Part shown: positions 51,040-64,000 of the stretch, piece after piece
Layout of the letters: each line of letters begins with the position of its first letter
Position numbering within the stretch: the stretch's first letter is position 1
Origin: Octopus vulgaris
Taxonomy: Eukaryota
Direction: 5' to 3'
Length of the DNA: 64,000 nucleotides
Assembly: GCA_951406725.2 (NCBI GenBank)
Contig: OX597818.1
Coordinates: 43,214,001-43,278,000 of the forward strand
Made by a program: the position numbers and the translations under genes
The notes under the pieces: generated by a model
Seen by the model: only the letters and a program-made list of their open reading frames with translations
What the model was told of the DNA's origin: nothing
The model's database searches: none

Positions 51040-52310
51040 ATGGTGGCAAATTTAAAGTGCAGGAAGGAACCTATTAGATCCCTTTCCTTCCTGTTTATTA
51101 TAGTCCTTCAGGCCATAACAGAGATGTTTATGACCTGCTGTCCATAGGTAGTCCTGTATACTGCTGGCCTAATTCTTACCGCTAAATCTGTGGATGGTTT
51201 AGTAAAAATATTCCAGACCTGGAAGCAAAATCTATAATTGAGAGACCTCAAAGTAAACTTAGCAAAGCTTAAACTTTTTGTGTGTAGGAGAAAAAGACTG
51301 GACATTGCTACCATCAAAGAAAGGGCTATGCACAATATGCAGTAAATGTAGAAAGAAATAACATAGAGTTCTTTGTATAATATATGCATGTGCAAAAAGT
51401 GTTATGGAATTGCAGACAGCCTGACAAAGAAAGTAGATTTCATATGTGGCAGAAGCATATTAGGAGTAGTTAATAGCTTTTGTTACTTAGGTTACTCTTA
51501 GGTTGTTAATTAGTAGTGGAGGTAGGTGTATGAAAAACCTAACAGCCAGAGTAAGAACAGGATGGAGAAAGTTCAGGAAGTTATTATGTCTACTGACATC
51601 AAAGGGCTTCTCCCTTAAAGTGAAAGGCAGATTATATGTTGTTTTTGTATGAGCTGCAATGTTGCATGATAGTGAGAGATATGGGCCTTGAATGCAGAAG
51701 ATTTTCAAAGACTAGGAAGAAATGAAGCAAATATGCTCTGCCGGATGCGTAATGTGTATAAACAGCAGAATGTAAATGAAGCAAGGAAAAAAAAAAGAGA
51801 GAATGGATATAAGAAGAATCAAATGTGTGCAAGAGAGAATACTGTGCTTGTATGAGCACATGATGCATATGGAGGTTAACAACTGTATAAAATGATGTAC
51901 TGAACATTCAAAATAGATGGAACCTGTGGAAAAGGAGACCTGGGGAAACATAGAACAGAATGGTGAGAGTTGGCTATGACTGTTGCTGGCATGCTGTACT
52001 TAAGAAGATCTTTCAATTTATGCTGGTATAATGCAACATGAAAAATGGGGGAGGTTGCGACATATAATGTATCTACATTTGGGCCACTTGCTCCTCATGT
52101 TCCTATTCAATTTCCATCTACTTCCCTCACTCCCAACTACCTTGTACTCTCTTCTCTCTCTCTCTGTCACTCATTCTCTCTCCTATTCAAACGATAGCAT
52201 CGGCTCAAAGACATGGGACCAAGTGCTAAAAACTGATCTCAAAATGCTGAGCCGCATGAAGATGACAAAAAAACCAAGATGACTGATAACACACAGCGAT
52301 GGAAGCTGGG
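51040..52310 (+). mobile_element. Decayed RTE-clade LINE fragment (RT core to C-terminus)
   Basis: Conceptual translation across stops and frameshifts: FLFIIVLQAITEMFMTCCP*VVLYTAGLILTAKS (degenerate of LLFIIVLEA...GCPWELLYADDL), LKVNLAK, a Cys-rich insert, VVNSFCYLG, ARVRTGWRKFRKLLCLLTSKGFSLKVKGRLY, WALNAEDFQRLGRNE, GTCGKGRP, and later KTWDQVLKTDLKML. Interrupted by unrelated sequence at ~51980-52200. Confidence 0.85.
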
Positions 52311-52325
52311 ATATAATAATATAGT

Positions 52326-52556
52326 TATTTCTTTACTACCCACAAGGGGCTAAACACAGAGGGGACAAGCAAGGACAGACAAACGGATTAAATCGATTAC
52401 ATTGACCCCAGTGCATAACTGGTACTTAATTTATCGACCCCGAAAGGATGAAAGGTAAAGTCGACCTCGGTGGAATTTGAACTCAGAATGTTATGCCAGA
52501 CGAAATACGGCTACGCATTTCGCCCGGCGTGCTAACGTTTCTGCCAGCTCTCCGCC
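52326..52556 (-). mobile_element. SINE family B, full length, 9-bp TSD
   Basis: GGCGGAGAGCTGGCAGAAACGTTAGCACGCC...GAGTTCAAATTCC...CCTTTCATCCTTTCGGGGTCGATAAA...GTAAAGAAATA. TSD taatatagt at 52317-52325 and 52557-52565. Confidence 0.9.
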
Positions 52557-53762
52557 TAATATAGTGTATGTTTTGATCTCTCACCTGTTATTTTCTTTGT
52601 TAATTTTCCATTTACTGCCCCACCCACTATCTCTTTGATGCACTCATCTCTCTCTCCTATTAATTTTTATCGTGCTGCCTGTGTTACAAGAGATGGCATT
52701 GGATCTCTCCATAATCAATTCCACTCTACTACCACCATTATCACTCTACATCTCCCTCTCATCAATATGTTTGTGAAAGAAGAAATTGCATCAGATCTGT
52801 TCATATCTCATACACTCCATCACCTTTCTGTAATGCTAGCCATCATTCCATCCACCCAGGTCACTCATTGACATTTATCTCTCTCTCTCTCTCTTCTCTC
52901 TCTTCCCTCTCTCTCTCTCCTCTTTCTCCCCTCTATCTCTCCTTCTTTTTCTCCCCCCTCTCTCTCCTTCTCTTTCTCCCCCTCTCTATCTATTTATCTG
53001 TCTGTCTGTCCATCTAACCATTAGACATATAACTGCCATTATTGCTCTTTTTTATCATTTCCTACCATTTACTGTGTCTCTTCCATTACCCCTTCCAGCA
53101 ATATCCTTTCTACTACTTTTTCCCTACCTTTCTCTACCAACCTCTTACTTCACTCACTTTGTATCTCCCATTAACTCTTCTTTCACCTAAGTTCATCTTT
53201 TGTCATCATCCTCTCTCTTTCATTCATGTTATGTTGACTTGAATGAACTCTTTAGGATTCTTTAGTCTTACAGGATACATGATAACTTCTCTAGTATTAG
53301 TTCCACAATAAAGTGCACCTGATACATTCTGTAAAGAGATTGATGTTAAGACAAGTATTGAAATGAGAAAACCATGCCAAAAGTAGACATATAAACAAGA
53401 TATAGTCCTCAGGTCTGCCTAACAAGTATTAATTCCAGACAAGAATAAATTTAGACTTTGATAACCTGTCCAACCCATGCTAGCATAGAAAGTAGAAACA
53501 AAATGAAGAAGACAGCACTACCACCAATAAATGCTAATATTGTCAATGATTTTACATCAAAAGTTTTATAAAATCATTTTAAAGTTAAAAATTTAGAAAA
53601 AAAAAATATACAAAACCACTGTTTATCATGTTTTATTAAATCCTTACATTGGTTTTAAAGATCTGTGTTGTACCTAAATATCCCTTGTGGTGCAATATTT
53701 GAGAACCACTTGGTTAAAATATATGAATAACTTTATCTTTTAAATACAGTTTTTCTTTTTTA

Positions 53763-53837
53763 CTTCATACACAAAGTGTATTAAAATATTTTTATTTACT
53801 CTTCATACACAAAGTGTATTACAATATTTTTATTTAC
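53763..53837 (+). repeat. 38-bp-period tandem duplication
   Basis: cttcatacacaaagtgtatta(a/c)aatatttttatttac twice. Confidence 0.9.
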
Positions 53838-54729
53838 CGAGAGTGTAAAGCACCATTACACTCTCGGAGTGGTTGGCATTAGGAAGGGCATCCAGCTATA
53901 GAAACTCTGCCAGATCAGATTGTAGTCTGATGTAGCCATCTGGTTCGCCAGACCTCAGTCAAATCGTCCAACCCATGCTAGCATGGAAAGCGGACGTTAA
54001 ACGATGATGATGATGACTCTAATGTATACCAACAGTAATAAAATGCTTGGGGACCTCCACAAGAGAATATTGGACAACGGCTGAGATGGTTTGAATCCTC
54101 CCACTGGTTTCATATTGTGTCTGTTCTAATGACACTTAGCTTCTAATGCTTTAATCCACAAAGTTGAATGCATCTCAAGTGGGATATCTCACCATTGTAA
54201 GCAGTACTGCATTGTGTTTGTTCACATGACGCCTTAGCTCCTAATACTTGAGCCCACATAACAATATGCACCTCAAGTAGTATATCTCACAACTGCAAGT
54301 AGCTTTAATGGGCAATAAATGAAGAATTACATCATCATCATCATTATAATCATCATTTAACGACCATTTTCCATGCTGGCATGGGTTGGATGTTTTTACA
54401 TCTGCTTTGGCACAGTTTTCATTGTCTGTTTTGGCATGGTTCCTATGGCTTAATGCTCTTCCTAAATCCGACCACTCTACGGGGTGCACTGGGTACTTTT
54501 TACATAGCACCATCACTGGTGCTTTTTATGTGACACCAGTACCAGTGCTTTTTATGTGGCACCAGCACTGACAGGGTTACTGAGTAATTAGCCTGACAAA
54601 AACTCCTTCAGCTGAGAAGGGAGCAGTTGTTACTTGCAGTTTCAGGACTCAAGTCCTTCCACAGGGAAATATGTTATAGATCAATGTCCAAGTTAGGTGA
54701 AGATTATTCCCTCATCTACTTCACACCAT

Positions 54730-55062
54730 CAGGAGGAGACCCCCTTCGGTCATGAATGACCATGGGATTGCACCTAGAAAGTTACCCTCCCAGGCACAAG
54801 TCCGGGCAAGGTTGTTTGTGGAAGGCCAGCAATCACCCATGCATACCAGCCTCCCCTCTCCACACCACTGATGTTATCCAAGAAAAAGGTAAAGGCCGAT
54901 ACAGCTTGACGTCGCAACTCATTTCTACAGCCGAGTGAACTGGAGCAATGTGAAATAAAGTGTCTTGCTCAAGAACACAACACGCAGCCCAGTCCGGGAA
55001 TCGAACTCACAACCTCACAATCATAAGCTCGACGCTCTAACCCTGGAGCCATGCGCCTTCAC
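54730..55062 (-). mobile_element. SINE family D variant, 12-bp TSD
   Basis: Head GAAGGCGCATGGCTCCAGGGTTAGAGCG...GAGTTCGATTCCC. TSD acttcacaccat at 54718-54729 and 55063-55074. Confidence 0.88.
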
Positions 55063-55780
55063 ACTTCACACCATGAACACTAGAGATAAGTACATGTCCC
55101 ATGGATCCTAGGAATTCATCAAAGAGTATGGAATGCTAGTTTATAGAGTGTTAGCTGATATCCATTGTAAACTGTTACAAGTGACTGACATCCTATCCAG
55201 GGAAAATTGTGTTTCGTATCTAATTAACTTTACTGGCACCAGACCTTACAATTAGTTTTACAGGCGATTAATGTTTACAACAAAAATAAAAAGGTAGTAA
55301 TTTTTTTGACTCCTGAAAAGCAATAAAAAAAATTCTCATATAATTAAGACTAGTCGCTATAATTGGTAGACTGGTGATAATCTGAAGCAGCATGAATTGA
55401 AGTAGAAATAAAAACAAATTCAGTGTTTGCTGATGTGTTACAAGTTGGAGAATAGATTAATATTTTAGTTAGGACTTTTGTTATTATTTCTACCTCTATT
55501 TAGAGACCTCACAATCTTCATCAAATAACTTCACTAATCTTCTGTTTAATTGCTTTCTTGTAATAATATTCTTGGCAACTTGGGAAAAATGTTCTGATGA
55601 TAATGTATATAGGACTTATAAGTAAGAGTTAAATTGAAAGGTAGAATTACTTAAGATGTTTAGCTGATTTTCTAACAATCATTGTTATTATGAGGTCTAT
55701 CAGAAATGTTTCCACGGGAATTATTTTAAAAACAGAAAGAACGGGGATGTTTATTGATGGATAAATAAATTTTCTAACAG

Positions 55781-55817
<37 letters not shown>

Positions 55818-55886
55818 ACATCATCCTCCTCCTCATCATCATCATCCTCATCATCCTCCTCCTCCTCATCATCATCATCATCATCA
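55781..55886. repeat. (CAT)n/(CCT)n trinucleotide array
   Basis: Direct reading. Confidence 0.95.
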
Positions 55887-56099
55887 TTTTGCTATAAATA
55901 TATACTTAAAATGGTATTTTCTGGCTAAAAAATGAAACACGTTTTCTTTTATATATTTCTCTAAGAATTTATTTTAACTATTAGATTTTTCTATCATTTC
56001 CAGTCAATAAAATAACAAGAATGTTTTTCTTCTTTTTTTGCATGTTATTTTTATCAAAGAACACAGTCTAACACCTCCAATTTCTCTTTACATTCTTGG

Positions 56100-56830
56100 C
56101 CATTCAATCAAAATTGTTATTTGTATTATCATTATTCATCTATCAAAAGTCAACAATTTCAGGAAGAATTGCATGTCATCAACTTCATTCTCTTGTTTGT
56201 AGTCCTCTGGGACAAGGCTGGGAAGGGTTGGAGATTGAATCAGATGCAGTGGCTTACAATAACATTCTTCATACCATACTGTTTGCACTCTGGAGTTGCA
56301 ATAAATTGTCTTTCTCCCTGTTGCAAATTGGTGATTTCCATTATAGTCTACTTATTCTAATCTTCTCATATGCTGCCAAATAAATCTAATTCAGAAAGGG
56401 CTTGAGATTTGTCAGTGAAACACAGCATATTTGGCCTGTCAGTGAAAGCAGTCTGCCTGGGTGTGGTCGTGCAAGTTACAGGTTCTTTTGACCAACAGTC
56501 AGAAATCTACGTAAGTGTTGAGGGAATCCAAAGGGAACTTTGATGCTCTTCGAGTTGGCAATGATGAAATGTTGCAAATAATTTAATGCTTCAGGTTGAG
56601 ATACTGGTACAGCTTAATATTCGGCAAATGGTTCTTATATATGTGAAAGTTCGATGGTTTTATTTTGAATATATTCTTGTTTTCAAGGCATGCTAAATGG
56701 TTGAGGGAATTCCTCCCTGGTTTTGGATGCCAATCTATTAATGATATCTAAAACATTTCAGGGAGCATAAGGTAATTGGTTTTATACTGTAAGGAAGAAA
56801 CATTTCAGATAGTGCCATCATCATGAAAAA
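56100..56830 (+). mobile_element. Very old LINE-like fragment, possibly R4/Dong-type
   Basis: Non-microsatellite, coding-like composition with weak remnants (HAKWL; G..KVIGF). Assignment uncertain. Confidence 0.25.
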
Positions 56831-57189
56831 AAAAACACAGAACAGAAGAAAAGTTATATGGAAACAATGTTTATTGATAAAAACCACATGATAAGTGAAT
56901 AAAAAAGGGTAAAAGTGGTTAGAATGGAATGATGTTTTTCAGCCAGGAGAGCGTTTTTCCATCAAGGGACCTAGGATGTGAGAATGTATTTTATATATGT
57001 CTGTGTGTAGGCAAGTGTGTATGTGTGTATAAAGCAGTGTATTTGAGCATGTTGTGGGAGTGTGTGTAGATGTGTGTATGTGGAGACAAAGGAGAGAATA
57101 AAGTGCACAAGAGGACGTTTATCAGTTTTGGCACAGAAGGAGGAAATGTTACAATATGGAAACAAGATGATTATTCCAATTTTCCCAAT

Positions 57190-57900
57190 TGGGCAAATTG
57201 TGTGTTAAAGGATGATTAGCTGTTCATAGTGCAAATAGGAGATGGTTGATTCATGGTGTAAAATAAAAACGGTAGACAAAGGGATGCAGTTAGGTGTGGT
57301 CAGGGGACTTAAATTGATGGGCATACAAGGTCAGAGTGATCCAGTGATGTGACATCAGCATGTAAAAGGTGCTTTGTAAAATGCTCTGCCAATCTCTGAC
57401 TGGTTTTTCCAATATACAAGGCTCAACATCAGCATTTAACGTATTAAGTAATGTTTATGGTTGTACAGAGGAAACAGCTGGTAATATTGAAGTGGGAGTT
57501 GGGTCGTTTTAAATGTCCAAAGAGCTAATGCTTTGGATAGAGGGTCAGGTGTTGCAGTAGAAGTGAGAGTGTGCAAAGGAAGTTGGTGGAATGGAACAAG
57601 GTGGGATGTAGAATCTCACAGATGTGGTGAAGTAGCAGCATCGTGTTAGAGGAAATGTACGTACCATAGAGTGCTGCATTGGAGAGATAAGGTAGTTGTA
57701 GAATAGATAAGGGGGAAAAAGAAAGCAGTTGGTGGCAGGACAGATTTAAGAATTGAGGGTAGACACACAGTAGTGCAGGTGTAATGGTGAGCAGTATTAA
57801 TGGCTTGTTTGGGGTAACTCATTGTTTGAAGTAGCAGACCTTTTGGTGCAACTGAGAACCAAAGTTAGTCTTGGCTACAGAAGTTTGATCATGAAATGAT
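57190..57900 (-). mobile_element. Decayed Penelope-like element, linker plus GIY-YIG endonuclease
   Basis: Minus translation FNITSCFLCTT...VKC*C*ALYIGKTSQRLAEHFTKHL (LYIG at ~57408-57419), followed by AHQFKSPDH. An F..RGYP-like remnant lies near 57810-57830. Confidence 0.75.
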
Positions 57901-58642
57901 TTGATTTCAGCTAAAACACTTGTGGGTTATTGTTCTATTCACAACCAGTGTACTACAACTCTCGCTTTTACATTTATTTGCAGCTAAGTGAACTAGACCA
58001 GTGAGTGTCAATTATTTTTTGTCGTGAACACATCGCAGCCTCAGTGATTGTATGGAATTTATTGACTCATTGATTTAATTGCTAACAACCTATCAAATCA
58101 GTTTATTGTGACTCTCAGTTAATCAATTTTACTTCATAGATTGCTACATTATCAATTAGAAGTATTCATTACCTTAAATTTCACAATTTAGGTAATTTGT
58201 AACTGTCAGTGAATTATTTCTAAAACACTATTCAGGCAAAACAGTATCAAGTGACTGGTATTGTTGTATTGATTTTGTGCTGACCAAGTATTATTGCTCA
58301 GTTAAAAGGATAAAATATCAACTTTAATCTCTTTACTTTAATGGGCTATATGTTACTGTGAGGGAATTTGCTCAGTAAACCAGGTCAGGGCTATTGTAAT
58401 ATCACAGGCCACAACAGAAAGAAAAATGCCTTGTTTTGCAATGTCTTTTGTATAACTTGAATTTTATAAAGTAACTCTACTATATCTTTGTTATCCCTTT
58501 AATTTTCTTTTATTCTTCTTAACCATTTAATAGGTTTATAGTCATCTCTAGACTTCATGTCTACAGTAAAAACATAAGCAGACACACTAATGCAGAGACC
58601 CCACTCAGCATGTGTATAATCTTTCTCTCTCTCTCTCCCACT

Positions 58643-58685
<43 letters not shown>

Positions 58686-59087
58686 TCATACATTTTTACT
58701 CATTTTATATGCCAAAGAGTCTATTCTGATGTTTGAACCTTCTGTTATTTGAATAGCTCTTCTGTCTATTTTAACGATTTTCTCGGCTCAGTGTGTGTGT
58801 ATGTATTATATGTATATTATATGTGTGTGTGTGTGTGTATGTTATATATGTAATTTTTCTTGTGTGAGTGTGTGTACAGAGACCCACACAGAGAGCAAAG
58901 GATACCACCAAGATTATGATAATATTTACATTGACTTTGAAGCAATATTTATTGTGTTCTTTGTAAATAATTATCCGTGTGATGTTCGTTAATGTTTATT
59001 GTTCTGACTTTGATCCATCATTTACTTTCTACATTGGCTTAATTAAATATAAAAAATCCCTACTTTGTTTCACTTGGACTAACTTAC

Positions 59088-59175
59088 TAACTCTTCAATT
59101 TCATGCTTGCTTGAGTGAATAAGCAGCAAAAGCATTGCCGGGTCCTTGTTTCTTCTTCTTCTTCAGCTTCTGTTT
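59088..59175 (-). other. Candidate 88-nt internal exon
   Basis: ggtttctcttgtcaacAG|AAACAGAAGCTGAAGAAGAAGAAG...GAAGAGTTA|GTAAGT. Both splice sites are canonical and the exon carries GAA-repeat enhancer-like sequence. Confidence 0.35.
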
Positions 59176-59907
59176 CTGTTGACAAGAGAAACCTATTAAT
59201 GTTTCATCACTAATAACTTTTAAGATGATAGACTTCACTGATTGTATCTGGCTTTTTTTATCTCAAGGCCTTGCTTTCATTCCTTGCTTTGGCTGTATAG
59301 AAACATATACATACACATAGATTAGGCTTTCTTCACATAGTCACCAAGTTTCTTGTTACTTTCCATATTGATATGAAAGGATGTAGAAATGGTGGAAAAA
59401 TTTCAGCTCAGCTTACAGTTTCCTTTAAGAGGTTCTCATCTGCTATTCATTATATGGTAGTTATATGTCACCAACAGTTTTATCTCTGCCACCCTGTTCT
59501 TTGATCTAACCTCAGTTTAAGAAACATAGCAGGGTTCCTTCTTACTCTTTCTTAATGCATACCAGCAAACACATAAATTTCCTACTTAGAAATATTTATG
59601 ACTACAATTTCTCTTGGTGACTATTTCAGAACAGAAATATTCCTTTGCTAAATTATTCAGCAATATTTCTAAAGCTAAAATATCAATACTTTTATTCTAG
59701 GAGATAATGTATTTCTTGTTTTCATTTAATTTTATTTTATTTTATTTTATTTCATTTTATTCTAGAAATGTCTATGTAAAGATTATTACAATACAGTTAT
59801 GATTAAGTGCTGTAAAAAATAAACTGATTGCATAATAAAAACAACAGCAAATTTACATCAAAATGTTTGTTAATGCTTCTAATGAATAAGAAGAATCAAT
59901 ATTTAGT

Positions 59908-60067
59908 TACATACATACATACATACATACACACATGCATGCATACATACATACATAAGTACATGCATGCATATATACATACATTCATACATATACATAC
60001 ATACATAAGTACATACATACATATATATATATATACACATACAAGCATGCATACACACATACATAAG

Positions 60068-60103
<36 letters not shown>

Positions 60104-60331
60104 CACAAACATGCATGCATACATACATACATATGCACACACACACATACATACATACATACATATATATATATACACACATGCATGCACACATATATAA
60201 GTACATACATACATAGACACACACACACATATATATATATAAATACAAACATGCATAAATACATACATACATACATACATATATATATATATATGATGAC
60301 ATATATATATATATATGATGATATATATATA

Positions 60332-60368
<37 letters not shown>

Positions 60369-60483
60369 CATACATACATGCATACATTACATACATACAT
60401 ACATGCATACATTACATACATACATATGCACATACACATACATACTTACATACATATTCACACACACACACACACACATACAC
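59908..60483. repeat. Long compound (CATA)n/(TA)n/(CA)n array
   Basis: Direct reading; source of several spurious His/Ile/Tyr/Thr and Met/Val/Cys ORFs. Confidence 0.95.
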
Positions 60484-62950
60484 AAATATATTGAAATAAT
60501 TTACATCAATATCTATGTCATTGTAGTTAGAGAAAATAATAACATGATTTTAATTCTACATAGATTCTTCATACAGAAATATATTAAAACTATTGACAAT
60601 GCAGTATATTATTATTGACGGAGGGTTGGTATGTGATGGGAATATCAATGAGAAATGCGTTAATATCTAATTATTTTAAAGACTCAGCATACTGCTAAAC
60701 TATAGAAATGTTTCTATATCATTATAGTAGATTGGTACCAGCAGAATATTGAAACTTTGATATGTCAGAGGAATGCTAAAGGCTTTTTGTTTTTCTTTTT
60801 TGACTCTTTGATATTTCTTACCGAAATTCTTTAAGATGCTCCTCTCTGTTTCTTTCTAAGATGTCATGAGTTTTTAATAAAACTGTCAAACTGAGATAAA
60901 AATACTCGGAAATATCTGGGTCGGCACTCTTTTTTTTTTTTTTTTTTTTTTGTCTTTTTGGGGTTTTTTTTGTTACTAGTTGGTGGATTAATTTCAGAAA
61001 TTCCTTCTTTATACATCTGATATTGTGTTTATATTGAAGATGTTAAGAAAAGAGATGTACTAGGGTAAAAAAAGAAATGATGGGACACATGCATATTTAA
61101 GTGATGAGTTGACAGGAACATAGTTACAAAAGACTCCCGATAAATGCCTGAAAAAGAATATGAGAAATTAGTAAAGAATATGAGAGAGAGAAAGGGAGAA
61201 AGCATTAAAGAGAGAGAAGGAGAGAAAGAGATTCTCTTTTTCTTTTAACTGTCAATTCTGAAGAAATGTATAACTAGCAGAGAAATGAAGCATTTCATTT
61301 TAAATAAGTTGCTTTTTTTTGTATAAAAGAAATTCCTATAAAAATTTACAACAAAGACTGAAGCGAAGAGATTTTGTTTGAGTTCTCTTTACAATGCCCT
61401 TTGTTTCCTTGAGTGAGTGAGCAAAAGCTTCAGCGGAAATTATCTTCAGTCAGAACTCCCTTACTAAACAATGTAAATGGTACCACTTGATAGATTATAA
61501 CTTTGTTTGTCTCACTAGAATGCTTTCTGTAGTCAAATAATAGCAATAGTAACTTGGCCTCTACATTATGTTTTTTTGTTCATAACTCTTCCCCTTGCAA
61601 CTCTTTGGTGTTATGGAACTGTTGTTCCATTTCTGGTTTTCTATATTTTATTGATTTTTAACTGAAACTGTCTAATTCTATGTATAATACATTTTAGGTC
61701 TGTATATGTATGTGTGAGAGAGCAAGAGGAAGAGAGAGAGAGAGAAGGAGAGTAAGAAAGGGAGAGGACCCAGAGTAGAACATAAGACATTCAATAGTAC
61801 TGTAGTTGATGTGTTATTCTGTTTCATTTGTCTGAGCTTCATAAAATATGTACCAGCTGTAAATTAGGATAAGTGGTCAAAATTGATTTTGTCTAAAAGT
61901 GACACTGATCCTTACCTTCTGGTAGAAACTGATCATCAAGAAAAGGAAAAAAGCCTTTGAGTTACAGCCAGCCATGGATAATTATTTTGGTGATTAGCCC
62001 AATAGTTTAATGATAAATGCCTTGCAAATTATATTAAACAGGGTTGTTTTAGGCTTAATGTCACTTTGGCTTAATGCCATTAATAAATGCCCTTATGTAA
62101 GAAAAAAAAATGTTTTAAAAAAAGTTAACCATCCTTGCTGGGATATGTTATGAGTCATTGCATTTTATTCGTAAACCCTCACAGTTTAGCTCCTACAATT
62201 TTTTTATTATGCCCAATACAATGACAATAAAGATTTCTTTTTTTTTTTTATATTGATAGTTCTATATTTCTATACGTTTACATTTATTACAAAACATCGA
62301 AAATGATGATGATGACAACGATGATGATGATGATTAACTGACTTTGTGCTATTCAACAATTTTTTTTCTCCAGTGAACACTGGCACCGTTTCAAACATGG
62401 TTCTCTAATAATAACAACAACATTCTTTTACATAAGTTCAAATTTAGTCCATGATTTTGAATTTATTGCATATAAAAAAAAAATATATATATAAAAAAGT
62501 TTTTATGTTTCTTTTGCTAAAAAAAAAAAACAAACCAAAAACCAAAAAATATAGAAATAGAAAATCATTATTTCCCAAACGTAACAAATTCTGTATTCAG
62601 CAAAATATTGGAAAAAGAGATATGAAATTTTTTTTTCTTTTTCCCTGATTCCATTCGAAATGATCAGGAATTCGATTTAATGGATCACCATCATCATAAT
62701 CATTTGTATTACTATTTTAAGTGTGCAATAAATGTTTAGATATAACTTTTACTAAAATATTGTATTTGGGTTTTAAAAAAAAAGCTGATGTCTGAAATGT
62801 ATTGCATCCTTAAAATTTATCATCTGTTAAAATTATTATTAGAGGAAAGCAATAGCTGTGAGGGTTATTCTTTTATTCTTTTAACTTGTTTTAGTCACTT
62901 GACTGTGGCCATGTTAGAGCACACACTCACACACACACATAAATATATAC

Positions 62951-62983
<33 letters not shown>

Positions 62984-63117
62984 CTATGTTGAGGGAAAAG
63001 TTTGTGTGCCGTGTTAAAATAATGATTTTTTATGCAAGAATTTATTCAAAAACCACAGCTATTTTTCAAAACATGGCACACAAACTTTTTCTTCAACCTA
63101 ATATATATATATGCAAC

Positions 63118-63276
63118 ATGTTTCTTCCAGTTTCTGTCTACCAAATCCACTCACAAGGCTTTGGTCAGCCCGAGGCTATAGTAGAAGACACTTGCCCAAG
63201 GTGCCACACAGTGGGACTGAACTCGGAACCATGTGGTTGGGAAGCAAGCTTCTTAGCACACAGCCATGCCTATGCC
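63118..63276 (-). mobile_element. SINE family A, 5' half (similar partial copies at ~14690-14834, 11244-11410, 7315-7475, 12975-13110, 26252-26412)
   Basis: ccaaatccactcacaagg...gaagacacttgcccaaggtgccacacagtgggactgaac. Confidence 0.8.
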
Positions 63277-63603
63277 TTAGATGATAATTCTTTCATTCCA
63301 AGTTGTCTGTATGTGCTATGAGCGTAACATTTTGTTAAATATCTGTAATGAAAGCCACTTCACTGAAACAGTGTGATTTAACCATTTCCCACTGTTAAAC
63401 TATACTGAAGGTTTCAGGTTTGTTGGAAGGCGTTTTTATTTTCTTTTTTAATATTTTGTTTTTGTTGGATGGTGTTTTGTATAGTTGTATGCTTAAGAAG
63501 TTTCATACCACTGCATGGCATCTTGGGCAAATATCTTCTGCCATAAACTTGAGTTTACCAATGAAATTTGGTCAATGTGTAGAAGCTCAATGTATATGTG
63601 TGT

Positions 63604-63664
<61 letters not shown>

Positions 63665-64000
63665 CGATGATATATATGCATTTATGTCATTTGCTCATTT
63701 GTTTCAAGTTCATTTTCCAAGTAAGTATGGGTTGAATGAATGCCAATATATTTCTACAAGAATCCTACGCTCTTAGACTGCAACAATAAGTCCAAGAAAT
63801 ATAATGGCACCTTTTATAATAAGCAACAATTTTTACTGTGAAAAAAACCCTTAAAATTCTTTTTCTTCTATAAGTGTAGAAACACACACATACATACGTA
63901 AACATGCATAAACATATCATCATCATCATCATCATCATTGTTTAACGTCCGCTTTCCATGATAGCATGGGTTGGACGATTTGACTGAGGTCTGGTGAACC

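Noticed and set aside
50741-53712. CAGTGGTTCCCAA (50741) and TTGAGAACCACT (~53700) as the ends of one ~3-kb hAT element
   Set aside because: No convincing TSD or transposase remnant between them; they may be unrelated MITE ends.
59828-60618. Long overlapping ORFs (130-178 aa) here and at 4034-4404, 9450-10088, 10692-11325, 42434-42987 and 47843-48262
   Set aside because: They are translations of (TA/CA/CATA/TCTA)n microsatellites, which lack stop codons; there is no protein signal.

Overview
This is AT-rich, repeat-dense eukaryotic DNA. The SINE families and (TA/CA/CATA/GAT)n microsatellites look like an octopus (coleoid cephalopod) genome; this is recognition by eye, not a database result. 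There is only one well-supported protein-coding region: a single-coding-exon BTB/POZ-BACK gene (BTBD17-like, 333 aa, 29575-30576, minus strand). It has a clear splice acceptor at 30656-30657, four upstream ATGs, and a decayed copy of its first ~45 codons about 220 bp past its stop. Candidate non-coding 5' exons and promoters lie upstream at ~33 kb, in a CpG-retaining block at ~46-50 kb, and at ~59 kb. The rest is mostly transposon material: at least four SINE-like families (several with TSDs, some mosaic), decayed RTE, Tx1/L1 and Penelope-like (GIY-YIG) retroelements, and hAT- and TTAA-type MITEs. Almost all ORFs in the supplied track come from microsatellites or SINEs. The most interesting non-standard signals are a recursive-splice-like AG|GTAAGT site with an in-frame 27-nt RS-exon (6767-6793), a perfect 36-bp-arm palindrome (12569-12643), a CpG-decayed head-to-head Penelope-type hammerhead relic (16367-16440), a SINE/microsatellite fold-back (1768-1869) and module swapping among SINEs. 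I found no convincing evidence for a novel multi-gene system. Repeat boundaries are approximate unless a TSD is given.
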